Assembly: GCA_036266975.1 (NCBI GenBank) | Contig: DATAWZ010000074.1 | Location: 14,986-78,985, forward strand | Reading direction: 5' to 3' | DNA length: 64,000 bases | DNA from: Solirubrobacteraceae bacterium | Lineage (GTDB): Bacteria; Actinomycetota; Thermoleophilia; Solirubrobacterales; Solirubrobacteraceae | In this document: positions 18,302 through 27,472 of the stretch, piece by piece | Layout of the letters: every line of letters begins with the position of its first letter | Position numbering within the stretch: position 1 is the stretch's first letter | Notes under the pieces: model-generated | The model's database searches: none | The model's input: the letters and a program-made list of their open reading frames with translations, nothing else | Told to the model about the DNA's origin: nothing | Position numbers and translations under genes: made by a program

Positions 18302-19426
18302 TCAGCCGCCGACCCTGGCGAGCTGGGGCCCTGACAGGTCGGTGAACCCCAGCGGCTCGTAGGGCCCGAGGATCATCGTCTCGAGGATGCCGATCCCGAC
18401 CTCGTCGGGCTGTCCGTCGCGGCTGAGCGTGACCCGGCTGATCGCGTGGTTGTGCAACTGGCGCGGATCGGCGGGGTTCACGTCGACGAGCGCGAAGTCC
18501 TCGCGCTCGACCGCGAGCTCGCCATGGTAGGTGCCGTGGCCCCACGTCGGATGCGGGCCGTAGCCGATCGCGCTCATGATGAAGCGCGTCAACGGCTCGA
18601 AGGCGAGCGTGACCGCGGGCGTCCCCGGTGGCGCGATCTCCACCGTCCCGGCGGTCGGCCAGCGTGTGGGCTCGGCGAAAGCGAGGTCGAGCGTGGCCGC
18701 CGAGGTCTCGGTCATCTCCCCAGGGTGCGCGCCGTCGGGACAGAGCACGCCGCGGGTGTTGACAACGGCGCCGTCGTGCTCGGCCTGCAGATGGAAGAAG
18801 GCGCTCGAGTCGGCGAGGTTCACCGGCGTCCAGGTCCAGAAGAACTGTTGCGGGCGCTCGGGTACCCACGGCTGCTCGTCGGCGGCGCCCAGCGCGCGCA
18901 CACCCCAGGAGCGATCGCGGGTCCCCGCCGATCCGGGGGGCAGTTGCTCGCGCCGACCGTCGACCTCGATCCAGCCCGACCAGTGCCCGTTCTGGGAGAA
19001 GCGCGTGTAGTTCCAGAACATCCGCGGGCCCACGCGCCACTTGAACTGGGGCTCCTCGACCGGGAACGCGCGTCCGTCGAAGCGCAGATCGGCGCTGATG
19101 CCCTCGTAATCGTCCACGACGATCCGCAGCGAGCGCAGGTGCTCGATGACCTCGATGCGGATCGGCCCGACGTGCATGTTCATGCGTTCCATGTTCAGGT
19201 GCCGCGAGGCGTGGATCGCGTGGTGGGTGCCGTCGCGCAGGATCCCGATGTGCGCGTCGGTGAGGTTGACGTGCGGGTAGACACCGAACGCGATCTCGAA
19301 CACGGTGCTCGCGTCCGGGGCGTACCCGGCGAAGAACGAGCGGTCGTAGAAGTTGCGATCGGTGCCCGAGTAGGCGATCGGCTCGGGCGTCTGGTGAATC
19401 GGCAGCTCGTCGGCCTTGGTGAGCAT
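18302..19426 (-). CDS. Conserved hypothetical protein (374 aa), third gene of the dikinase-like operon
   Basis: Clean ORF with protein-like composition (ELPIHQTPEPIAYSGTDRNFYDRSFFAGY...), starting 33 nt downstream of the 513-aa gene. No family recognised. Confidence 0.7.
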   Translation of the reverse strand: MLTKADELPIHQTPEPIAYSGTDRNFYDRSFFAGYAPDASTVFEIAFGVYPHVNLTDAHIGILRDGTHHAIHASRHLNMERMNMHVGPIRIEVIEHLRSLRIVVDDYEGISADLRFDGRAFPVEEPQFKWRVGPRMFWNYTRFSQNGHWSGWIEVDGRREQLPPGSAGTRDRSWGVRALGAADEQPWVPERPQQFFWTWTPVNLADSSAFFHLQAEHDGAVVNTRGVLCPDGAHPGEMTETSAATLDLAFAEPTRWPTAGTVEIAPPGTPAVTLAFEPLTRFIMSAIGYGPHPTWGHGTYHGELAVEREDFALVDVNPADPRQLHNHAISRVTLSRDGQPDEVGIGILETMILGPYEPLGFTDLSGPQLARVGG

Positions 19427-19459
19427 GGTGACCTCTCAGGGTTGATCGTTGACGTGACG

Positions 19460-21001
19460 CTATGGCCTGGAGCGCGGAGCGACGGGCGCAGCGCCCAGCT
19501 CGCGGTGCCATTGCAGGAAGGTGGCCAGGACCGGGTCCTCTTCGGCCGGCCTGCGGGGCTGGGCGCCGCGAGCGACGATGCCGCGGTCGCCGTCGACGGA
19601 GATCGTCTCGCCCTCGTGCACGGGGAGCTCGCCGGTGCCGCAGACCGCGGGGCGGTTCAGGCCGCGCGCAACGACCGCGGCGTGGCTGGCCCGGCCGCCT
19701 CGGGCGGTGACCAGGCCCGCCGAGGCAAGGACGCCCGACAGGTCGGCGGGCGAGGTCGTCGGGCGGACGAGGATCACCGCCTCCCCAGCCTCGGCGCGGG
19801 CCTGGGCGGACTCCGAGGTCAGCGCGACGATGCCGACCGCGGCGCCCGGCGAGGCCGCAAGCCCACGAGCGAGAACGTCGGCCTCGGCTGGCTCGCAGGC
19901 GAACACCGCGGCGCGGGCACCGATGAGCTGCTCGTCGCTCACCCGCGCGACGGCCTGCGCCCGGGAGATGAGCCCCTCCTCGGCGAAGGCCACGGCGAGC
20001 CGAACGGCGGCCCGCGCGCTGCGCTGGCCTACTCGCGTCTGCAGGATCCAGACCCGGCCCTGCTCGATCGTGAACTCGATGTCGCATAGGTCCCCGGTGT
20101 CGCGCTCGAGGATCTCGAAGACCCGCTCGAGCTCGGCCATCGCGGCGGGCAGGTGCGTGCCCAGCTCGCCGAGCGCGAGCGTGTCGCGCTCGCCGGCGAC
20201 CACGTCCTCGCCCTGCGCGTCGAAGAGCACGTCGCCGAACGCACCGCGCGCGCCGGTCGACGGGTCGCGAGTGAACGCGACGCCGCTCCCGGAGTCCTGG
20301 CCGCGGTTGCCGAAGACCATCTGCTGGACGACGACCGCGGTGCCCATCGACTCGTCGATGCCCTTGTGCCGGCGGTAGGCCTGCGCGCGCGGCGAGTCCC
20401 AGGACCGGAAGACCGCGGCGATCGCCTCGGCCAGCTGCCCGCACGCGTCCGGGAATGGCACGCCGGACTGCTCCTCGATCAGCGCAAGCAGTGCCACGCA
20501 GCGGTCGCTTGCGCCGGCGCCGGCCGGCAGGTCAAGCAGCGCGTCCTCGACCACGCCGGCCGAGATCCCGCGCACGGTGGTCGCGAAGCCGTGCAGCAGC
20601 CGCTCCAGCGAGGACTGCGCGAAGCGCTCATCGCCGGTCTCGCGCGCCAGCGCCTCGGCGCCCGCGGGCGTCAGCCCGACGTTGAGCACGGTGTCCATCA
20701 TTCCGGGCATCGAGACCGGCGCGCCCGAGCGCACGCTGACCAGCAGCGGCGAGCGGTCGTCGCCGAAGCGCCGCCTGGCCCCGGCCTCCAGGGCGGCCAC
20801 GCGCTCGTGAACCTCGTCCAGCAGGCCGGTTGGGAGCGCTCCGCTGGCGGCGAACTCCCGGCCGGCGGGTGTGCCGATGATGAAGCCGGGCGGCACCGGC
20901 AGGCCGAGGCGGACCATCGAGACGAGCCCCTCGCCCTTGCCGCCGAGGATCTCCCGGCCCGCCTCGCCGCCGTCGTGGAAGCTGTAGGTCAGCGCGCCCA
21001 T
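19460..21001 (-). CDS. PPDK/PEP-synthase N-terminal ATP-grasp domain plus swivel phosphohistidine domain protein (no TIM-barrel domain)
   Basis: Motifs GGKGEGLVSMVRLGLPVPPGFII, SVRSGAPVSMPGMMDTVLNVGL, and C-terminal TARGGRASHAAVVARGLNRPAVCG. The ATG shares base 21001 with the upstream TGA. Confidence 0.85.
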   Translation of the reverse strand: MGALTYSFHDGGEAGREILGGKGEGLVSMVRLGLPVPPGFIIGTPAGREFAASGALPTGLLDEVHERVAALEAGARRRFGDDRSPLLVSVRSGAPVSMPGMMDTVLNVGLTPAGAEALARETGDERFAQSSLERLLHGFATTVRGISAGVVEDALLDLPAGAGASDRCVALLALIEEQSGVPFPDACGQLAEAIAAVFRSWDSPRAQAYRRHKGIDESMGTAVVVQQMVFGNRGQDSGSGVAFTRDPSTGARGAFGDVLFDAQGEDVVAGERDTLALGELGTHLPAAMAELERVFEILERDTGDLCDIEFTIEQGRVWILQTRVGQRSARAAVRLAVAFAEEGLISRAQAVARVSDEQLIGARAAVFACEPAEADVLARGLAASPGAAVGIVALTSESAQARAEAGEAVILVRPTTSPADLSGVLASAGLVTARGGRASHAAVVARGLNRPAVCGTGELPVHEGETISVDGDRGIVARGAQPRRPAEEDPVLATFLQWHRELGAAPVAPRSRP

Positions 21002-23304
21002 CAGTAGGAGCCCTCCTCTTCGCGTGAGATACCGAGCGTCTGCAGGTAGTCCTCATGGAGCTCCATCCAGACCGTGTGCAGCGACTCGAGGCGCGGGCTG
21101 GTGACGTAGTCGTGCTCGCCGGCCTCGACCTTCTCGAGCGCCGCGCTCAGTCGCGGGGCGTAGCCGTCGAATCGCGGCAGGAGCTCGCTCGTGCGCCGCA
21201 GCGCGGGCTCGACCCGCTCCACGAGGTCGGCGAGCTCGCCCACCAGCTCCCAACGGTCGTCCTCCGCGGCGGACTGCCAGCGGGCGCCCAACGCCTTGAA
21301 CGGGCCGTTCGCCGCCAAGAAGCGCTCGTAGATCGCCTCCAGCGTGTCGCGGTCGAGCGTGCCCTGCTCGGCGGCGAGCAGCGACGCGTGCTTGGCCAGG
21401 CCGGCCTCGGTGGGGATGTAGCCTGCCGAGGTCTTGACCACCAGGCCGGCCTCCTCGAGCAGCGAAGCCTGCTCGAGCGACTCGCGGGTGCCGCGCAGGA
21501 CGAGCGGATGCAGCGCCGCGAGCGGCACATCAATGAGCGCGCCCTCGGGGAGCGCGGGGAAACCCGTGCCGGTGATGAACAGCTTGGCGACGAGCTGCTT
21601 GCCGAGGCCGTCGCGCACGAGCGGGTAGTAGGCCTCCGAGGCCACGGGGTCGAGCTCGTGGAAGTCCAGCTCGTCGCGCATCTGCTCCCAGACCCCGGCG
21701 AGCCGCGCGAACGGCACCACGAACTCCGAGTAGTAGACCTGCGCGCCAGCCATGATCTTGTCGCGGGGCGGCATCGAGGCGATGCGCTTATACAGCGCGG
21801 TCGTCGCCGGGCCGCAGATGTCGAGGTAGCGCTGCATCTCGGCGTCGTCGATCAGGCGGATCTCCGCGGCCGGCGTTTCCCAGCGTTCGCGGACGTAGAC
21901 GGCCGCGGACTGCAGGTACTGCAGGTAATTGGCCGGCTCGGTGAAGGTCGTGCCGCCGTCCATCAGCGCGACGTCGAGGTCCGCGCCGCCGGTGTCGAAG
22001 ATCATCGCCTGCGTGAAGCAGTGCGGCAACTGCTCGGCAACGTCGTGCCAGTGGTACATCGGGTCGTGCAGGAAGTGGTCGCGCACGATCATGAAGCGCC
22101 CGTCACCGAGGTCATACGGGCCGCTGTCGTTCAGGCCCGAGCGGTTGTCGAAGTGCAGGAGGAAGCCGAGGACCTCGGTCGAGGCGTTGAACGAGGTGAA
22201 CAGCGCGCGTCGCTCTCCGTCGCCGACCGGCTGTGCGTCGCGCGCGAAGCGCTCGATCCACGAGCGGTCGAGCACCGCGCCCTTGTAGCCCCGCATCGAG
22301 GTGAACAGCTCGGCGCCCTCCTTCTCCCACATCCCCATGTACAGGCGGCGCATGAATTGGGCGACGAGCGCGACGTCCTCGGCGTCGGCGGCAGGGTCGC
22401 GGATGCCCAGCTCGCCGAGGATCGCTCGGCCGAACATAGGCGTGAACCCCGTGCACCAGATGTGCAGCATGTTGGCCTTGCTCGCCGGCTCGCGGCGTGC
22501 GGTGCGGCCCAGATCGATGAGGCCCTCCACGCCGACCTGCTCGAGGATCAGCCGGTAGAACGCGGGGTAGCGTAGCCACTGCTGCACGCAGCCGAAGCAC
22601 TCGTACTCCTGTCGCGGGATCAGGCCGGACTCGCCCTCGGTGGCACGCAGGGCCAGGAAGTCCCAGATGTTCCAGGCCATGTAGGTCTGCAGCGCATTGA
22701 GCTCCTGGACGGTCAGGTCGCGCGCGGTGTTCTCCGCGGTGAGCGCCAGGACGCCGCTGCTCAGCCCCGCGCGGACCTGCTCGTCGCCGGCGCGGCCGTG
22801 GGGGATCGTGCCGCCGAACTGGTGCAGTAACGGCAGGATCTGCTCCATCATCGCTGCGGCCGCGGTCTCCTCCTCGGTCGGGTCGGGCAGCGGAGCGTCG
22901 TCGACCGGGGCGCCGGGCTCGATCAGCACGCGCCCCTCCTTGGTGCTGACGTCCAGGCGCGCGATCGCCCCGTCGGCGGGGATGATCTCGTTGCGCGAGG
23001 AGCGCACGCCCTCGGTGAATGTCACGCCCATCACGCACGGGATTCCGTACTCGCGGGAGAGGATTCCCAGGTGGCTGGTCGGTGCGCCCTGCAGCGTGAC
23101 GATGCCCTTGACGCCGGCGGTCAGCGCCGGGGTCAGGAACGTCGTCGTCCCGCCGCGGGCGACCACGATCGTGTTCGAGGCCTCGCCGCTGCCGATGAAG
23201 TCGATCACGGCCTGCGGCGAGTCGAGGAACCGCACTGGGCCCTCGGTCTCCCGTCCGTCCTCGAACACCGCCGCGCCTGTACCCACCAACTTGAAGTCGT
23301 CCAT
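21001..23304 (-). CDS. PEP-utilising-enzyme mobile (swivel His) domain protein with a ~640-aa unassigned C-terminal region
   Basis: N-terminus contains VVARGGTTTFLTPALTAGVKGIVTLQGAPTSHLGILSREYGIPCVMG. The start is taken at ATG 23304 (GGAG upstream); the track start at 23340 is also possible. Confidence 0.8.
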   Translation of the reverse strand: MDDFKLVGTGAAVFEDGRETEGPVRFLDSPQAVIDFIGSGEASNTIVVARGGTTTFLTPALTAGVKGIVTLQGAPTSHLGILSREYGIPCVMGVTFTEGVRSSRNEIIPADGAIARLDVSTKEGRVLIEPGAPVDDAPLPDPTEEETAAAAMMEQILPLLHQFGGTIPHGRAGDEQVRAGLSSGVLALTAENTARDLTVQELNALQTYMAWNIWDFLALRATEGESGLIPRQEYECFGCVQQWLRYPAFYRLILEQVGVEGLIDLGRTARREPASKANMLHIWCTGFTPMFGRAILGELGIRDPAADAEDVALVAQFMRRLYMGMWEKEGAELFTSMRGYKGAVLDRSWIERFARDAQPVGDGERRALFTSFNASTEVLGFLLHFDNRSGLNDSGPYDLGDGRFMIVRDHFLHDPMYHWHDVAEQLPHCFTQAMIFDTGGADLDVALMDGGTTFTEPANYLQYLQSAAVYVRERWETPAAEIRLIDDAEMQRYLDICGPATTALYKRIASMPPRDKIMAGAQVYYSEFVVPFARLAGVWEQMRDELDFHELDPVASEAYYPLVRDGLGKQLVAKLFITGTGFPALPEGALIDVPLAALHPLVLRGTRESLEQASLLEEAGLVVKTSAGYIPTEAGLAKHASLLAAEQGTLDRDTLEAIYERFLAANGPFKALGARWQSAAEDDRWELVGELADLVERVEPALRRTSELLPRFDGYAPRLSAALEKVEAGEHDYVTSPRLESLHTVWMELHEDYLQTLGISREEEGSY

Positions 23305-23323
23305 CGTCTCACTCCGCTCTGTT

Positions 23324-23347
23324 TGCAAATGTGACGTCATATTTACA
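23324..23347. promoter_or_regulatory. Imperfect 24-bp palindrome (putative TetR operator) in the divergent promoter region
   Basis: tgcaaatgtgacgtcatatttaca matches its own reverse complement at 20 of 24 positions, centred on GACGTC. It sits in an AT-rich spacer within GC-rich DNA. Confidence 0.45.
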
Positions 23348-23369
23348 TTCTGCCCCGAGGTCTGTCAAG

Positions 23370-24011
23370 ATGCATTGCGTGGCCGAGACGATCGAGACCG
23401 CGCGGCGGGGGAGCAACAGCCGGGGGCGGCGCTCGCGCGAGCGCCTGCTGCGCGCCGCGGCCGACTGCTTCGGGGAACGGGGGTACAGCGCGACGCGCAT
23501 CTCGGACATCACCGCGGCCGCGGGGATGTCCCAGGGCGCCTTCTACCGGCACTTCAAGGACAAGAACGACATCCTGGTGGAGGCGCTGCGCGAGCCGCTC
23601 GATGAGCTGCTGGCGACGACCGCGGTCGGTGCCGGGCTGGAGATCGACCGGGCGGCGCTGACCGCTGGAAACACCGCGTTCTTCGCCATCTACGCGCGCC
23701 ACCGCAAGGTGATGCGCGTCATCCGCGAGGCTGCCGCGCTGCATGAGCCTGGCCTGGTGGAGCTCTGGCTCGGGGTGCGCGGAAAGTACGTGGAGCGCAT
23801 CGTGCGCTGGCTGCAGGAGCTGCAGGCCGCTGGGCGTTTGGAGACCCGCGACGTGCAGCTGATGGCCGAGGCGCTGGGCTCCGTGCTCGATCAGATGGCC
23901 TATACGCGGATCGGGCTTTCCACGGCGCCGACCAGCGAGCAGGAGATCGAGCTGCTCGGCCAGGTCACCGGGGAGATCTGGTACCGCGCCCTGCGCGGCT
24001 CTTCGCTGTGA
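23370..24011 (+). CDS. TetR/AcrR-family transcriptional regulator
   Basis: RERLLRAAADCFGERGYSATRISDITAAAGMSQGAFYRHFKDKNDIL. The start is taken at ATG 23370. Confidence 0.85.
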   Translation: MHCVAETIETARRGSNSRGRRSRERLLRAAADCFGERGYSATRISDITAAAGMSQGAFYRHFKDKNDILVEALREPLDELLATTAVGAGLEIDRAALTAGNTAFFAIYARHRKVMRVIREAAALHEPGLVELWLGVRGKYVERIVRWLQELQAAGRLETRDVQLMAEALGSVLDQMAYTRIGLSTAPTSEQEIELLGQVTGEIWYRALRGSSL

Positions 24012-24549
24012 CGGGCCGGGGCGACTCCTCGCCCGGAAGCAGGACCGTCCCGAGGATCCGCCGCCGCCGGCCGGGCGTGGGCGCGTTGGCGGCGCGGGTG
24101 AGGATCACCGCGTTGAGCTCGCGCAGGAACTCGGCGAACTCGCCGTCGTCGAGCCACAACCCGACCAGACGGTAGGCGGCGCCATCGCGCGCCGGGTCGA
24201 AGTCCTCGCGCGCGAGGTAGCGGTCGGCGTCGCCGAGCAGGCCGGCCACGAAGGCCATGAACGCGTGGCGGTGATCCTCGCGACTCATGCGCTCGACCTC
24301 GTCCGGGGTGATGCTCGCCGCTGAGACGCGCAGCACGTAGGTGCGCTCGACCGCGCCCCGCACGCGGCGCTCGGAGACCACGGCGAGCACCCCGGCCTCG
24401 ACGAGTCGGGCTACGTGCCGGTACAGGCTGGCCGGCGGCACGTCGGGGAGCTCGTCGCGCAGGTCAGACGTCGTGAGCGCGCGATCGCCGAGGAACGCCT
24501 GCACGATCCGCAGTCGGACGGGGTGAAGGAGGAGGTTGGCGGTGGTCAT
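23965..24549 (-). CDS. ArsR-like winged-helix transcriptional regulator
   Basis: Internal ATG of track ORF 23965..24873 gives MTTANLLLHPVRLRIVQAFLGDRALTTSDLRDELPDVPPASLYRHVARLVEAGVL. The 3' end overlaps the convergent TetR gene by 47 nt. Confidence 0.7.
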   Translation of the reverse strand: MTTANLLLHPVRLRIVQAFLGDRALTTSDLRDELPDVPPASLYRHVARLVEAGVLAVVSERRVRGAVERTYVLRVSAASITPDEVERMSREDHRHAFMAFVAGLLGDADRYLAREDFDPARDGAAYRLVGLWLDDGEFAEFLRELNAVILTRAANAPTPGRRRRILGTVLLPGEESPRPVTAKSRAGRGTRSPR

Positions 24550-24550
24550 A

Positions 24551-24566
24551 TTATCAAAACTGATAA
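24551..24566. promoter_or_regulatory. Inverted repeat TTATCA-N4-TGATAA in a divergent AT-rich spacer (putative operator)
   Basis: ttatcaaaactgataa lies directly upstream of the ArsR-like start. It is followed by cgttactgatcccgataacg, which has CGTTA/TAACG arms. Confidence 0.35.
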
Positions 24567-24609
24567 CGTTACTGATCCCGATAACGAACTCCGGAGCGAG
24601 GAGGTCCCG

Positions 24610-24915
24610 ATGCCCGATACGTTCTCGTCCAGCACCGATCGCGGGCGCGGTGGTCGACAGGGTAAGCGCAGCCGGCGGCTGGCGATGGTCGCGATCGGCG
24701 CCGTGGGCGTGGAGGCCGCCTGGCTGCGCCGGCGCGCAGGGGTGTTCGCCGGTCGCGTCGTCGTACGCTGCCGCGCCGGCCATCGGTTCACGACGCTGTG
24801 GATCCCCGGCGCTTCGCTGACCGCGCTGCGGCTCGGCCCGTGGCGCATCCAGCGCTGCCCGGTCGGTCGCCACCTTTCGGTGGTGACGCCGGTCGCGCGG
24901 GCCGCGCAGGGTTAG
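24610..24915 (+). CDS. Small hypothetical protein with one TM segment
   Basis: ATG preceded by GAGGAGG, giving MPDTFSS...RRLAMVAIGAVGVEAAWL... Divergent from the ArsR-like regulator. Confidence 0.5.
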   Translation: MPDTFSSSTDRGRGGRQGKRSRRLAMVAIGAVGVEAAWLRRRAGVFAGRVVVRCRAGHRFTTLWIPGASLTALRLGPWRIQRCPVGRHLSVVTPVARAAQG

Positions 24916-24930
24916 TGCGAGCCAGGCGCC

Positions 24931-25947
24931 CTAGGCGCCCGCGGCGGCGCGCACCCGCGGGGCGACCTCGCGCGCGAGGTACTCAACCCGCTCGGAGCCG
25001 CTGTCGACGCTCTCGCCGGGCAGCTGGCCCCAGAAGTGCACGTCGCGCACCTGCGGGCACCCGGTGAGCAGCGCGTTGAGCTCCTTGACCGCGAGCTCGG
25101 CATCCCACAGCTGGTAGGCCCCGGCCTGCACGATCTGCTCGGGGCTCTCGAACCGCGGCACCTGATCGGGCGGGCCGAACGCGCCCCAGCCGATGTACTC
25201 GTTGAGCTGATACAGGGCGTGCTGGCCGATCTGCGCCCAGGTGCGCTCGGGGTCGGGGGCGACGATGGCCCACTGGCCCGCGAAGATCCGGCCCTCGGCG
25301 GGGTCACGCCCGAGTCGTTCGAGCGCCTGCAGGTAGACCGGCTGGTGGTCGTTCTGGGTGCTGAGGAAGCCATCGGCGATGCGCGCGGCACGCTCGATCG
25401 CCGGCTCGGTCAGGCCGCCGATGAGCAGGCCCGGCGCGTGCTCGGGGACGGGTCCGACGCGCAGATCGGGGAACTGGAAGCGCTTGCCATGGGTCTGGAT
25501 CGACTCGCCGGCCCATGCACGGCGCATGATGTCCACTGACTCCTCGAGCAGGCTCGGGCGCTGGCGCACGCTGCGGCCGAAGGCCTCGAACTCGATCTCG
25601 CGATACCCGACGGCGACGCCGAGGTCGAATCGCCCGCGCGAGAGGATCGCCACGGTAGCCGCGTCCTCGGCGAGCCGGACCGGGTTGTGCAGCGCCGGCA
25701 GCATCAGGTTGGTCCCGAGGCGCAAGCGCTCGGTGCGAGTGGCCACGCCGCCGAGCACGACGAGCGGCGAGGGCGTGTAGCCGTCGTCGCAGAAGTGGTG
25801 CTCGGTCAGCCAGACCGAATCGAGGCCGAGCTGCTCGGCGAGCACGATCTGCTCGACGGTCGCGGCGTAGAGGTCCTCGTAGGGGCGACGCCATTGCGCG
25901 GGGTTTCGCAGGTCGTACCACAGCCCGATTGCCACATCCGCGCTCAT
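24931..25947 (-). CDS. Luciferase-like (LLM class) flavin/F420-dependent oxidoreductase
   Basis: Internal ATG with GAGAGGAGAG upstream gives MSADVAIGLWYDLRNP...LGLDSVWLTEHHF...RLRLGTNLMLPALHNPVRLAED. Confidence 0.85.
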   Translation of the reverse strand: MSADVAIGLWYDLRNPAQWRRPYEDLYAATVEQIVLAEQLGLDSVWLTEHHFCDDGYTPSPLVVLGGVATRTERLRLGTNLMLPALHNPVRLAEDAATVAILSRGRFDLGVAVGYREIEFEAFGRSVRQRPSLLEESVDIMRRAWAGESIQTHGKRFQFPDLRVGPVPEHAPGLLIGGLTEPAIERAARIADGFLSTQNDHQPVYLQALERLGRDPAEGRIFAGQWAIVAPDPERTWAQIGQHALYQLNEYIGWGAFGPPDQVPRFESPEQIVQAGAYQLWDAELAVKELNALLTGCPQVRDVHFWGQLPGESVDSGSERVEYLAREVAPRVRAAAGA

Positions 25948-26128
25948 CGCTCTCCTCTCGTGGGTGTGCTCGACGCGCAGCCTCGCACGCCGGCCGGCGC
26001 GCGGTACGGCGGTGACCGGCGCTCGTTGTGCGCTTCCACGGTCGAAGGCCGAGCCGGCGCCGGGTTGCCTGGAGCGCTGCCATAGCCTGGCGCCTGTCAG
26101 TTCGGGAACCGACGGGAGGAGCAGCGCA

Positions 26129-26890
26129 ATGAATCGCCTCGAGGGCAAGGTCGCGATCATCACCGGGGCCGTGCAGGGCATCGGCCGCGCCTGCGCCGTG
26201 CGCGTTGCGCAGGAGGGCGCGGCCGTGGTGCTCGGCGACCTGCAGGACGACGACGCGACGGTCAACGAGATCACCGCGGCGGGGGGACACTGCGCGCGGA
26301 TCGTCATGGACGTGCGCAAGCGGGCGGACTGGCAGCGGCTCGTGTCCGCCGCGCTCGATTCGTACGGGCGCGTGGACCTGCTGGGCAACGTCGCCGGCGT
26401 AGTCAACATGCACTCGCCGGACAACGTGGTCGAGCTCACCGACGAGGGCTGGGACACGGTGCTCGACACCGACCTGCGCGGCGTGTGGCTGGGGATGCAG
26501 GCGGCGATCCCGAAGATGGTCCAGGGCGGCGGCGGGCGCATCGTCAACATCTCCTCGCTCGCCGCGCTGAAGGGCCTGGACAACCTCGCCGCCTACTCGG
26601 CCGCCAAGGCGGGCGTGATCGGCCTCACCCAGCAGACGGCGCTCGAGTTCGCCAAGGACAACATCCTCGTCAACGCGATCGCCCCGGGCACGATCGACAC
26701 GCCGATCCTCGCGGACATCACCCCCGAGATGAAGAAGATGAACGAGAACTCGCACATGATCAAACGTCTGGGCCGCCCCTCGGAGATCGCGGGGATGATG
26801 GCGTTCCTGTTCTCCGGTGACGGCGACTTCAGCACCGGGCTCACGTTCCCGGTCGACGGAGGCTGGTCGGTCAACGGCCGCAACTTCTAG
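26129..26890 (+). CDS. Short-chain dehydrogenase/reductase
   Basis: GKVAIITGAVQGIGRA, NVAG, and YSAAKAGVIGLTQ (YxxxK). GGGAGGAG lies upstream of the ATG. Confidence 0.9.
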   Translation: MNRLEGKVAIITGAVQGIGRACAVRVAQEGAAVVLGDLQDDDATVNEITAAGGHCARIVMDVRKRADWQRLVSAALDSYGRVDLLGNVAGVVNMHSPDNVVELTDEGWDTVLDTDLRGVWLGMQAAIPKMVQGGGGRIVNISSLAALKGLDNLAAYSAAKAGVIGLTQQTALEFAKDNILVNAIAPGTIDTPILADITPEMKKMNENSHMIKRLGRPSEIAGMMAFLFSGDGDFSTGLTFPVDGGWSVNGRNF

Positions 26891-26891
26891 G

Positions 26892-26931
26892 AAGTACGTG
26901 CCACGAACCTCATAGTTCGTGGCACGTACTT
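26892..26931. terminator. Perfect 17-bp-stem hairpin (terminator and/or MarR operator)
   Basis: aagtacgtgccacgaac ctcata gttcgtggcacgtactt. It starts 2 nt after the SDR stop and ends 20 nt before the MarR start. Confidence 0.5.
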
Positions 26932-26950
26932 GTTGTGCTACAGTCCGCGC

Positions 26951-27472
26951 ATGACCGCGGGCCAAGCAGACCGAACGCCACCACGGGCGCGGCGGCGTCC
27001 CGACCTGGGGATCGCCGACGCGCTCGTGCAGGCGTCGTTCCTGGTCCAGGCGGTGCTCGGCGAGCTCGCCGCCGAGCAAGAGCTGTCGATCGTCCAGATG
27101 CGGCTGCTGGGGGTGCTGCGCGACCGCGAGCTGCGGATGGCGCAGCTCGCGCGGATCCTCGGGCTGACCAAGTCGAGCACCAGCGGCCTGGTCGACCGCG
27201 CCGAGCGCCGGGGGCTCGTGCGGCGCACGGCGATCCCCGTCGGCGATGAGCGCGCCGTGCACGTCGTCCTCAGCGAGGAGGGCCGCCGGCTCACCGCGCA
27301 GCTCGGCGCCCAGGTCGCGCGCCGGCTGGAGGGGGCGACCGAGCACCTCTCGCCGACCAACCGCGGGCGGCTCTCGGGGCTGCTGACCGATGTCGTCCTG
27401 CACGACGCCGAACGGCACGGCATCGATCTGAGCGCCGGCCAGTCCTCGAGCGCTCAGCGGAGCGTCGTGTGA
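26951..27472 (+). CDS. MarR-family transcriptional regulator
   Basis: LSIVQMRLLGVLRDRELRMAQLARILGLTKSSTSGLVDRAERRGLVRR. Confidence 0.85.
   Translation: MTAGQADRTPPRARRRPDLGIADALVQASFLVQAVLGELAAEQELSIVQMRLLGVLRDRELRMAQLARILGLTKSSTSGLVDRAERRGLVRRTAIPVGDERAVHVVLSEEGRRLTAQLGAQVARRLEGATEHLSPTNRGRLSGLLTDVVLHDAERHGIDLSAGQSSSAQRSVV

Noticed and set aside
18213-20444. 743-aa minus-strand ORF spanning the 374-aa and 513-aa genes.
   Set aside because: It is out of frame with two clearly recognisable genes on the same strand. The translation is extremely Arg-rich.
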